Shown here piece after piece: positions 18,459 through 26,228 of a stretch of DNA of 50,458 bases (position 1 is its first letter; every line of letters starts with the position of its first letter). Source of the DNA: Vulcanimicrobiota bacterium (GTDB lineage Bacteria > Vulcanimicrobiota > Vulcanimicrobiia > Vulcanimicrobiales > Vulcanimicrobiaceae); the NCBI GenBank assembly GCA_003135555.1, contig PLCF01000009.1, positions 1-50,458 on the forward strand, written 5' to 3'. Made by a program: the position numbers and the translations under genes. A model generated the notes under the pieces. That model saw nothing but the letters and a program-made list of their open reading frames with translations. It did not search any database and was not told where the DNA came from.

Positions 18459-19548
18459 GGACGATCTCCTCTCGGGCACTGCGGGCAAGTCCGGCGACGG
18501 CGACCAAGGCGGCGTCGTCGCGGAGCGGGTCGGTTTGGGCCGCATCGATGCGGGCGGCCAGCGCGCGATACGTCGCGCTCTTGGGCGAACGTGCGAGCGC
18601 GCGGCGCGCGTCCGCGAGCAGAGCTTGGCGCGCATGGTCTCGAGCGCGCGCGCGCTGGTACAACGACGCTACCGCGTCGACGAACTCTTCGGAGGTCGGC
18701 TCGCGTGGCGCGCGCAACCGGATCGCCGGCCCGAGCGGAACGATGCCGTAAGCGATCCACAACAACGCCGCCAGCCCGACCAGCGCCAGCGCGACGAGCT
18801 CCGGTACGGTGAGCGCCTTGTACCACGGCTTCTCGACGATGTCGCCGCGGATCGCTTCGTCGAACGCGACGACGCCGCCCGAGCGGCCGGGCTGTGCGAC
18901 GAGGTACGCCAGGCGCGCGTCGTCTCCGGCGCCCAACGCGCGGTTCTCGAAGGCTCCGGCGTTTGCGACGCCGATCACCTCGCCGCGGCCGTACCGGTAG
19001 CGCACCACCAGCGCCCCGGCACGATCGCGCAGCAACACCTCGATACGCGTACCCTCGAAACGCTTCCCACTGATCGGCTCGAGCCGGTACTTTCCACGGT
19101 TCGGCACGCCGGTCACCAGCGTCGACCACGGCCCGCGCAATGCGCCGAGCGGTTCGGTCGCGTCGCCGAGCGCAACGCTCTCATCCTTCGCGTCGTCTTT
19201 GTCGACGGTCGGCGTCAAGCCGATGTCGACGAGACGCCCGCCGTTGCGCACCCAGGCGCGCAACGCGTCGCGCTCCGCCGCGCCCCACTGGTGCGGCAGC
19301 GTCGGATCCGGGAAGGCGGCGACGAGCGTGTCGACGCCGCTGCCGCCCAAGGCGTCGTGATGCCGGCGGAAGCGTTCGACACGCAGGCCCTCACGGGCAA
19401 GCATTTCGTACCACGCACGATAGCCGCCGAAGCTGAAGTCCGCGCTCGCACGCGTCGCCGCCTGCGGGGCTTCGACCCGGCGGTTCAGCAGCGAGACGGC
19501 GAACAGCGCCAAGAGCGCAAGTCCCGCAACGATGATGTCCCGCCTCAT
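18388..19548 (-). CDS. DUF4350 domain membrane protein
   Basis: N-terminal TM, GYRAWYEML, WVRNGGRLV, YGRGEVI, VAFDE, second TM, EFVDAVASLYQRA; position in MoxR cluster. Confidence 0.75.
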   Translation of the reverse strand: MRRDIIVAGLALLALFAVSLLNRRVEAPQAATRASADFSFGGYRAWYEMLAREGLRVERFRRHHDALGGSGVDTLVAAFPDPTLPHQWGAAERDALRAWVRNGGRLVDIGLTPTVDKDDAKDESVALGDATEPLGALRGPWSTLVTGVPNRGKYRLEPISGKRFEGTRIEVLLRDRAGALVVRYRYGRGEVIGVANAGAFENRALGAGDDARLAYLVAQPGRSGGVVAFDEAIRGDIVEKPWYKALTVPELVALALVGLAALLWIAYGIVPLGPAIRLRAPREPTSEEFVDAVASLYQRARARDHARQALLADARRALARSPKSATYRALAARIDAAQTDPLRDDAALVAVAGLARSAREEIVRATSPDRSIATAARGARARRRRR

Positions 19549-20159
19549 GCCGGAACCACCACCCGCGCATACTCTTCACGCATGCGCTCGACGAGCGCGG
19601 CGTCGACGCCGCGGTCCCCGAACAACGCGATGACCGCGTCGCGTGCGAGCGCGTCGAACGCGGGATCGCGCACGGCGCGGCGCCATTCGCCGGGTGTTCG
19701 CGCCGGATCGAAACGCACTCGGCCGCGCTCGTCGAGCGCGCGCAACGCCGAGGCCCACAGGAGCGCCGCCGCTTCGTGATGGCGCCCCTGAGCCGCCGCG
19801 GCAAGCGCGCGCGCGAACAGCGTGCGCGAGTCCGCGTCCTCACCCAGCCCGATCGCGCCCCCGCACAGCGGCGCGCTGCGGCGTCCGCCGATACCCGAGG
19901 CATAGCGTGCAACCACGACGACGAGCAACGCCGCGGCCGCGATGAGAACGACGATCCCCACGAAGTTCGTGAACGTGCTGTTTCCCACCAGGTGGTTGAG
20001 CGGCTCGGTCAGACGCCGCCACAGCTCGTCGATCGCGTCAGCGAGCTGTTCCCACCACGGCTTATCGCCGGGGCGCACGGGCGTCGTTTGATACCGGCCA
20101 TCGGTGAGGATGCGATGCGCGACGTCGCGCGGATCACCGTGCGTCCATGGTACGTTCAT
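19545..20159 (-). CDS. DUF4129 domain membrane protein
   Basis: Single TM, then helical domain with AALLWASALRALDERG..PARTPGEW; position in MoxR cluster. Confidence 0.72.
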   Translation of the reverse strand: MNVPWTHGDPRDVAHRILTDGRYQTTPVRPGDKPWWEQLADAIDELWRRLTEPLNHLVGNSTFTNFVGIVVLIAAAALLVVVVARYASGIGGRRSAPLCGGAIGLGEDADSRTLFARALAAAAQGRHHEAAALLWASALRALDERGRVRFDPARTPGEWRRAVRDPAFDALARDAVIALFGDRGVDAALVERMREEYARVVVPA

Positions 20160-20184
20160 GTCGCCGCCGCAGGCCGAATGGCGC

Positions 20185-21132
20185 TCATGCGACCGCGGGC
20201 GGCGGCTCCGCGACGATGTCGATCCCTTCGCGCCGCACGCGGACGTCGATGGCGTAGACCACGACGAATGCGGCGATGAGGCCTTCGAGCAACACGCTAC
20301 CGGCGCCGAGGATGGCGAAGTACAGCGCGTCGATGTGCGTCAGCATCGTGGCGACGGCCGCGATGCCGATAATCGGCAACGCCCCGCCCTCGCTGAGCAA
20401 AAAGATGACGAGGCCGCCGACGATGGTACGACGGCGCATCCCCTTGGCCGCGCCGCGCCGCAGTCCGTAGCCGATCGCATCGATCGCGTTGCGCGTCTCG
20501 GTTACCACCGCGACGGCGGCGAGCTGGTAGGTCATGAAGATCCAGCTTCCGAGCCCAACGAAACCGCCGATCACGATCAGCCCGCCGATCACGCCGACGA
20601 CGACCGCTACGGGCGTGACGTGCAACGCCGCCAGCGCGATGACCGCGAAGATCAGGATCACATACAGGATCAGCAGCGGGATCGCCGCAATGAAGCCGAG
20701 TACGCCGAACACCACCGCAATGAGCAGCTGCTGCGGCCAACGCCGCAAGCCGACGCCATAGGCCTGGGCGAGCGTGATCGAGGCGCCCGCATAGGCGTTC
20801 GAAACGACGGTCACGATCGCACTCCACGCCAGCAGCCGCACGCAGACGCTGGCGAGAACGAGCAAAGCGGTGAGGCCGACGGCCGGGCTGTCACCCTCGA
20901 GAGCCTGCGCTGCGGCGCGCGAGGCCGGGCCGTTTCCGGCACTGCTCAACACTCGACCCATGTCGGAGAACATGTGGCCGGACCGGGGCGAGACAAATGC
21001 CTCGAAGGCGATCAGCGGCACGACGGCCACGGCCAGCACGACCACGATCGGAATGAAGTGCCGGACGAAGATCGTCACCGCGCGGTCGAGCAGCTCGCCC
21101 GCGCCCAATGGGCGCAATTCGGTGTTGAGCAC
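20185..21132 (-). CDS. Polytopic membrane protein of the MoxR cluster (paralog 1)
   Basis: N-terminal LRPLGAGELLDRA, several TM helices, C-terminal IDVRVRREGIDI; GTG start inferred. Confidence 0.75.
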   Translation of the reverse strand: MLNTELRPLGAGELLDRAVTIFVRHFIPIVVVLAVAVVPLIAFEAFVSPRSGHMFSDMGRVLSSAGNGPASRAAAQALEGDSPAVGLTALLVLASVCVRLLAWSAIVTVVSNAYAGASITLAQAYGVGLRRWPQQLLIAVVFGVLGFIAAIPLLILYVILIFAVIALAALHVTPVAVVVGVIGGLIVIGGFVGLGSWIFMTYQLAAVAVVTETRNAIDAIGYGLRRGAAKGMRRRTIVGGLVIFLLSEGGALPIIGIAAVATMLTHIDALYFAILGAGSVLLEGLIAAFVVVYAIDVRVRREGIDIVAEPPPAVA

Positions 21133-21174
21133 GCGCCAAAAGCGTTCGCGCGGTCGCGGCGCGAATCCCGGGAC

Positions 21175-21807
21175 ATGGACGTCGGCCGGATCGCCGGGTT
21201 GTGGCGCTATCCCGTGAAGAGCCTCAAAGCCGAGCCGCTCGGGCGCGTCGCGGTTTTGCCCGACGGCCTGGAGGGCGACCGGACCGCGGCCCTCGTCGTC
21301 GAAACGCCGAGCCACGCGCGAGCCGGCAAGCCGTACCGCGGCAAGGAATCGTCGCGGCTGCACCTCACCGGCGACGTGCAGACCGCTGCAACCTACGCCG
21401 CGGACGCAAACGTGCTCGTCACGCTGGACCGCGCGGCGCCGCGCTGGTTCGACGCCGGGACAGTATCCGTGCTGCTCGACCTCTGGGTCCACGACGTCGA
21501 GGCGCTCGTCGGTGAGGCGCTCGAGCCGCTGCGCTGGCGGCCCAACCTCTACGTCGCGGCGGCGCCGGGTTTCTCCAAGCGCGAGCCCGATCTGGTCGGC
21601 ACCACCCTCCGTGCGGGGAGCGTCGAGCTGCAGGTCGTCGCCACCATCAAACGCTGCGTGACGCCCACGTACGACGTCACGACCGGCGCGGCGCTGCCGC
21701 TCGTCCTCGAGGCGGTCGCCGTGGAACGCGCAAACGTCGTCGGGGTCTATTGCGACGTGCTCGAGCCCGGCGACCTCGCCTGCGGAGACGTCGTCACCCT
21801 GTCTTGA
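21175..21807 (+). CDS. MOSC domain protein
   Basis: GRIAGLWRYPVKSL, GLEGDR, RWRPNLYV, conserved Cys in KRCVTP, GVYCDVLEPG. Confidence 0.88.
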   Translation: MDVGRIAGLWRYPVKSLKAEPLGRVAVLPDGLEGDRTAALVVETPSHARAGKPYRGKESSRLHLTGDVQTAATYAADANVLVTLDRAAPRWFDAGTVSVLLDLWVHDVEALVGEALEPLRWRPNLYVAAAPGFSKREPDLVGTTLRAGSVELQVVATIKRCVTPTYDVTTGAALPLVLEAVAVERANVVGVYCDVLEPGDLACGDVVTLS

Positions 21808-22475
21808 ACGGCGAGCATGACCTCGAGATCGCGGCCGCGACGCTCGTCCAAGAACGCGTCGCGCCACAGCACCACGAACACCATGGCAATCGTGTCGACG
21901 AGCGCCTGGGGGATGACGAGCACGGCGCGGACGACCGGCCAGTCCGGCAGGGGTAGCTCGTAGAGCACCCACCAGACTCCGTACGTCAACAGGGTGACCG
22001 CGAGTGCCCCGACCAGGTTGACCCCGAGCCGGGACGGCCGGCACACCTCGCGCAGCCAAAAGGCGAGCGCGTGAATCGGCGGTACATTCTCGGAGACGCT
22101 ATCCGTGAGCGCAAGCATCGACGCAAACACCGCTAGCGAGACGACGAGCGCTACCGCGATTCCAGCGAGGTCGGAATCGAAGGGGTTTGCCCAGAGTTCG
22201 ATCCACGCGAAGACCGTGTACACGATGAACGTTCCCGGTCGCCGCAGCGCCGCGCCGAGCGCGCGCGAGATCGGGGCGCCGCGCAGCACGCAAACCGCGG
22301 AGGTTCGCGCCCAGATCTCGGACAGCGAAGCGGCGATCAGCCAGACCATGTAACCGGGCCCGGCGTAGCCGGTTAGCGCGCCGACGAGTTTGTCGACACC
22401 ATCACAGACAACGAATGGCAGGGCGAGGACGAACGCGCGGGAGACGGCAAGGTGCACTGCATGGTCGAGCCGCAT
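21747..22475 (-). CDS. Polytopic membrane protein (divergent paralog 2)
   Basis: Several hydrophobic helices, C-terminal DERRGRDL; start uncertain. Confidence 0.55.
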   Translation of the reverse strand: MRLDHAVHLAVSRAFVLALPFVVCDGVDKLVGALTGYAGPGYMVWLIAASLSEIWARTSAVCVLRGAPISRALGAALRRPGTFIVYTVFAWIELWANPFDSDLAGIAVALVVSLAVFASMLALTDSVSENVPPIHALAFWLREVCRPSRLGVNLVGALAVTLLTYGVWWVLYELPLPDWPVVRAVLVIPQALVDTIAMVFVVLWRDAFLDERRGRDLEVMLAVQDRVTTSPQARSPGSSTSQ

Positions 22476-22500
22476 CCCGATACGGCTGCATGCTACCTCG

Positions 22501-23319
22501 CTACAGCGCCGGGCGGCCTTCGACGGCGTGCACGGCGGCAGCATCCACCGCCGCCGCCAAGTCGGTCCCTTCGCTGCGCACACGGTAGTCCAGCGCGGCA
22601 ACGGTGAGCAGCGAGGTCGCCAGCGTACTGAGCAGCAGGTTGTTCACCAGCGGCACGAACACGTTGACGAACCAAAGACCCGGTAGGTCTGCAAGCGTTT
22701 CGAGCCCGGCTACCACCGCGAATGGGATCCCGAAGAAAAAGACGAGGAGGGCCAGGCCGAGCAAACACGCCCGCCGCAGGCTGTCACGTCTCGCGCGCTC
22801 GACCGCACGCCGGACGGCGACGCCCGCGCCGACGTTCTCCAGGACGACGATTGGAAAGGCCAGGGAGGCCACGAGCCACGGAAACGCCGCCAAAGGAATG
22901 AGCGCGACCGTGACGACGATACCGGCAATTCTCCCGGCGAGCCGCGCGGCCACGAAGCCGGGAATCAGGAAGAGAACGAGGCCTATCAGGATGAGCACGC
23001 TGATGACGATCGTTGCTCCCAGCAACGACCGAAAGCGTGCCAGCGCCGCGCGCAGGACTGCCGACGCGCTGCGAGGCGTCTCGTCGGCGCCGGCCGCGAG
23101 CACGACCGCCGCGGCGATGATCGAGCTGATGCCGACATCCAGGAGGAACTGGCCGAACAAGGCGCCATTGTCCGGGCGTCCGTGCGCAAGCGCAGCGATG
23201 AGCACGTCGGGTGCCGCCCAGAGCACCCCGAGAATGCTGAGGACTCTCCAGCGCCGGACGACGATCGTCACGGTGCGATCGAAGATCTCTGCGATCGTGA
23301 GCGGTCGCTCGACGATCAC
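22501..23319 (-). CDS. Polytopic membrane protein (paralog 3)
   Basis: N-terminal RPLTIAEIFDRT, TM helices, PIVVLE, C-terminal LDYRVRSEGTDL; GTGA overlap with recR. Confidence 0.75.
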   Translation of the reverse strand: MIVERPLTIAEIFDRTVTIVVRRWRVLSILGVLWAAPDVLIAALAHGRPDNGALFGQFLLDVGISSIIAAAVVLAAGADETPRSASAVLRAALARFRSLLGATIVISVLILIGLVLFLIPGFVAARLAGRIAGIVVTVALIPLAAFPWLVASLAFPIVVLENVGAGVAVRRAVERARRDSLRRACLLGLALLVFFFGIPFAVVAGLETLADLPGLWFVNVFVPLVNNLLLSTLATSLLTVAALDYRVRSEGTDLAAAVDAAAVHAVEGRPAL

Positions 23320-23918
23320 AAGAGGCGGCGGCCCTCGATGGCGCGCGCGAGGGTGTTCTCGTCGGCGTAATCGAGATCGCCGCCGATCGGCAAGCCGTAG
23401 GCCAGGCGCGTCACCTTGACGCCGCTCGGTGCCAACAGCCGCGAGAGGTACAGCGCGGTCGCCTCCCCCTCGGCGTTCGGATTCGTTGCGACGACGATCT
23501 CCGCCGGTGACTCCGTCGCGACGCGGTCGACCAGCTCGCGCACGCGCAGTTGCGACGGCCCGATCCCATCCATCGGAGAGATCAGCCCGCCCAGCACGTG
23601 ATACCGGCCGTCGTACGCCGACGTCCGTTCGATCGCGAAGACGTCCTTCGCCTCGGCCACGACGCAGATCATCGACGCGTCGCGGCGCACGTCACCGCAC
23701 ACCGCGCACGGATCATCCTCGGTGATCGAGAAGCAGCGCGAACACAGGCGCACCCGCTCCTTGAGCGCCACGATCGCGTCGGCAAGCGCGCCGGCGTCCG
23801 CGCGCGAACCGTTGAGCAGGTGAAAGACGAGCCGCGCGGCCGTCTTGGGACCGATCGTCGGGAGCTTGCTGAACTCATTGATCAGCGCCTGAACGGGTCC
23901 CGCAATCTGCGTCGAGAT
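23316..23918 (-). CDS. recR: Recombination mediator RecR
   Basis: HhH LPTIGPKTAARL upstream of the ORF-track start, C4 zinc finger CSRC..CAVC, YHVLGGLISPMDG, Toprim ATNPNAEGEATA, GGDLDYAD; inferred ATC start. Confidence 0.95.
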   Translation of the reverse strand: MSTQIAGPVQALINEFSKLPTIGPKTAARLVFHLLNGSRADAGALADAIVALKERVRLCSRCFSITEDDPCAVCGDVRRDASMICVVAEAKDVFAIERTSAYDGRYHVLGGLISPMDGIGPSQLRVRELVDRVATESPAEIVVATNPNAEGEATALYLSRLLAPSGVKVTRLAYGLPIGGDLDYADENTLARAIEGRRLL

Positions 23919-23962
23919 GATCCCGCTCCCTTATCTGCGGCGGCGCCGGCGATCGATGCCGC

Positions 23963-24268
23963 TCACATCATCCCGGGGATCTTCAATCCACCGGTGACCG
24001 AGCCCATGCGCTTGGCCGCGAACTCCTCGGCCTTCGTGCGCGCATCGTTGAAGGCTGCGATGATGACGTCCTCGAGCGTCTCGACGTCCTCGGGATCGAC
24101 CGCTTTCGGGTCGATCGCGATCTTGGTGACGCGAAAGTCGCCGCTCATCGTGACCTTGACCAAGCCGCCGCCCGACGCGCCCTCGATCGTCGCACTCTGG
24201 ATCTCTTCTTGTGCCTTCGCCATCTCGTGCTGCATCTTGCGCAGCTGGTTCATCATCTGTGGATTCAT
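23963..24268 (-). CDS. ybaB: YbaB/EbfC nucleoid-associated protein
   Basis: GASGGGLVKVTMSG, IDPKAVDPEDVETLEDVIIAAFNDA; between dnaX and recR. Confidence 0.95.
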   Translation of the reverse strand: MNPQMMNQLRKMQHEMAKAQEEIQSATIEGASGGGLVKVTMSGDFRVTKIAIDPKAVDPEDVETLEDVIIAAFNDARTKAEEFAAKRMGSVTGGLKIPGMM

Positions 24269-24280
24269 CGTGTCCCCGTC

Positions 24281-25906
24281 CTAGGTGAGCTTCTCGAGCG
24301 CGTAGCGCATCAGATCGTCGTCGCGACGTTCGCTGCCGCCGTCCGCGACGCCGGTTCCAGCCGATCCGGTCCCGCTCTCGGACGGCGGCGCGGCCGCTCC
24401 CAGCGCCACCCGGACCTCCAGGTTCCGGCCCGTAACGTCCGCGATCGCTTTCTTCACGGTCGCTGTCTCGCGTTTGAGGATATCGGCATTGACCGGGTCG
24501 GGGACGCGCAGCGTCAGCGTCGTGCCGTCGAGCGCGGCGACGTGCGCGCGCGACAGCGCCGCCCGCAGCGAGCTCTTGTCGCTCTCGGCGCGGGTACGAA
24601 TGTTCTGCCAGAGCGTGCGCAGCTTTTGCAGCGAGAGCTCCGCATCCGGCGGCGTGGCGGCGGCGGCGGGTTCAGCACGCGGCGGCGGCTCAGCACGCGG
24701 CCGCGGCTCGGCACGCGGCGGCTCGACGCGCGGCGCCGGTTCGGGCGCGACCGGCGCGAAGGCGCTGAGCTTGACGGGCGCGCCTTCGAGCGCGGTCAGG
24801 CGCGCGGCCAGCGCGTCGAGCGCCGGGTCTTCGGGCGTGAGGATGAAGCGCAGCAAGGCGGCTTCGAGCTCCAGCCGCGCGTTCCCGGAGCCGCGGGCGG
24901 CGGCGAGCGCGTCGGAGAGCAGCCGCAGCGCGCGCACCAGGCGGGCTTGCGGCGTCCCGGCCGCGCGCTCGCGGGCGATGCGCGCGTCGTCCTCCGCCAA
25001 GTCGCGCGCGAGCAGCTCGGGGTTCACCCGGGCGACGAGCAGGTGGCGGAACTCCGCGACCGTGCTGCGGATGAGTCCGGTCATGTCGGCGCCGGCGTCG
25101 GACGCTTCGTCGATGAGGCGCAAGGCTTCGGCCGCACCGCCGTCGAGGCTCACGTCGCGCAGCGCGCGAGCGAACGCGCGGCCCGTCTGACCGAACGCGG
25201 CGTCGACCGTCGCGGCGTCGACCGGGCCGTTGGCGAACGCCGAGACCTGCTCGAGCATCGTCAGCGCGTCGCGCAAGCCGCCGTCGGCACGGTAGGCGAT
25301 CGCACCCAGCGATGCGTCGTCGATCTCGATCCCTTCGGCATCGGCGATCTGACGCATCCGGGCGATCATCGTCGGTATCGCGATACGCCGGAACGCGTAG
25401 CGCTGGCAGCGCGACAGGATCGTCGGCGGAAGCGCTTCGGGCGCCGTCGTAGCCAAGATGAAGACCGCCCACTCGGGCGGTTCTTCGAGCGTCTTGAGAA
25501 ACGCGTTGGCGCCTTCTTTGGTCAGCATGTGCGCCTCGTCGATGATGTACACTTTCTTGCGCATCATCGCCGGGGCGAACTTCACCGCATCGCGCAGCGC
25601 ACGGATCTCGTCGATCCCGCGGTTCGACGCCGCGTCGATCTCGAGAACGTCGAGCGCGCTGCCTTCCAGAATCGCCACGCAGTTGTCGCAGCTGTTGTCG
25701 GGGTGTGCGGTCGGCCCGTTGACGCACTCGATGCAGCGCGCGAGAATCTTCGCCGCCGAGGTCTTGCCCGAGCCGCGCGGTCCGGAGAACAAGTACGCGT
25801 GCGCGAGCCGGCCGGTCTCGAGCGCCGTCGTGAGCGTCTTGACCACGGCGTCCTGTCCGACCAGGTCGGCGAACGCCCGCGGCCGCCAGGTTCGGTAGAG
25901 CGACAC
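24281..25906 (-). CDS. dnaX: DNA polymerase III subunit gamma/tau
   Basis: LYRTWRP..LVGQ, HAYLFSGPRGSGKT, EIDAASNRG, IIDEAHML, LKTLEEPP, TILSRC, GGLRDA. Confidence 0.97.
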   Translation of the reverse strand: MSLYRTWRPRAFADLVGQDAVVKTLTTALETGRLAHAYLFSGPRGSGKTSAAKILARCIECVNGPTAHPDNSCDNCVAILEGSALDVLEIDAASNRGIDEIRALRDAVKFAPAMMRKKVYIIDEAHMLTKEGANAFLKTLEEPPEWAVFILATTAPEALPPTILSRCQRYAFRRIAIPTMIARMRQIADAEGIEIDDASLGAIAYRADGGLRDALTMLEQVSAFANGPVDAATVDAAFGQTGRAFARALRDVSLDGGAAEALRLIDEASDAGADMTGLIRSTVAEFRHLLVARVNPELLARDLAEDDARIARERAAGTPQARLVRALRLLSDALAAARGSGNARLELEAALLRFILTPEDPALDALAARLTALEGAPVKLSAFAPVAPEPAPRVEPPRAEPRPRAEPPPRAEPAAAATPPDAELSLQKLRTLWQNIRTRAESDKSSLRAALSRAHVAALDGTTLTLRVPDPVNADILKRETATVKKAIADVTGRNLEVRVALGAAAPPSESGTGSAGTGVADGGSERRDDDLMRYALEKLT

Positions 25907-25923
25907 CCGCTTTGATTTCTCGC

Positions 25924-26058
25924 TTTTAACCCTGAGCCTTGTCGAAGGGTCCTTTTTAACCCTGAGCCTGTCGAAGGGCCCTTTTTAACCCTGAGCCTGT
26001 CGAAGGGTCCTCTTTGATCCTGAGCCTTGTCATCCTGAGCTTGTCGAAGGACGAAGGG
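25924..26058 (+). repeat. Tandem array of REP-like palindromes (core CCTGAGC(C)(T)TGTCGAAGG), 5 cores, one nested in another
   Basis: Three ~29-bp units TTTTAACCCTGAGCC(T)TGTCGAAGGGYCC, then ATCCTGAGCCTTGTC[ATCCTGAGCTTGTCGAAGGAC]GAAGGG. Confidence 0.9.
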
Positions 26059-26108
26059 CGAGGCCCAGCAGGGGGTGCGCCGCCGAAACCCCGCCGGGTG
26101 TTCACGGC

Positions 26109-26133
26109 GTTTTAAGAAGGACCGGGTAGGGTA
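26109..26133 (+). promoter_or_regulatory. Possible SigB/SigF-type promoter (GTTT-N16-GGGTA) upstream of recQ
   Basis: GTTT at 26109-26112 and GGGTA at 26129-26133. Confidence 0.35.
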
Positions 26134-26142
26134 CCCGGAGTG

Positions 26143-26221
26143 CACCGGCTCGTTGACGGCCGTGACGCCCGCTTTCCAAGCGAGGCGTTGCCTGTCGTCC
26201 CAGCGGGTGGCACAGCCGGTG
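26143..26221 (+). promoter_or_regulatory. Structured 5' leader of recQ
   Basis: CACCGGCT/AGCCGGTG closing stem with inner GTGACGCC-CGCTT-tcc-AAGCG-a-GGCGTTGC hairpin; ends at the GAGGGA RBS. Confidence 0.45.
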
Positions 26222-26228
26222 AGGGACG

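Noticed and set aside
20104..22059. ORF-track long versions of the MOSC gene (20104-21807 +) and membrane gene (20185-22059 -)
   Set aside because: Recognisable domains begin at 21175 and 21132; the extensions are antisense read-through of each other.
23316..23918. recR as a 5'-truncated pseudogene
   Set aside because: The frame is intact over the full expected length with all motifs and a well-placed RBS; a non-canonical start is the simpler explanation.
24665..24745. PRAEP-type repeats in dnaX as a special element or frameshift signal
   Set aside because: Ordinary Pro-rich linker of tau; no A-AAA-AAG or poly-A slippery site seen.
25924..26058. CRISPR array
   Set aside because: Units are head-to-tail with no unique spacers, and no cas genes are in the window.
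25582..26145. 187-aa minus-strand ORF containing PFDRLR/PSTGSG/LRQAQD repeats
   Set aside because: These peptides are translations of the REP array, and the rest overlaps dnaX out of frame.
25907..26228. SRP RNA (ffs/scr), often found upstream of dnaX
   Set aside because: I could not find the conserved domain IV motif (CAGG..GGAA..AGCAG) on either strand.
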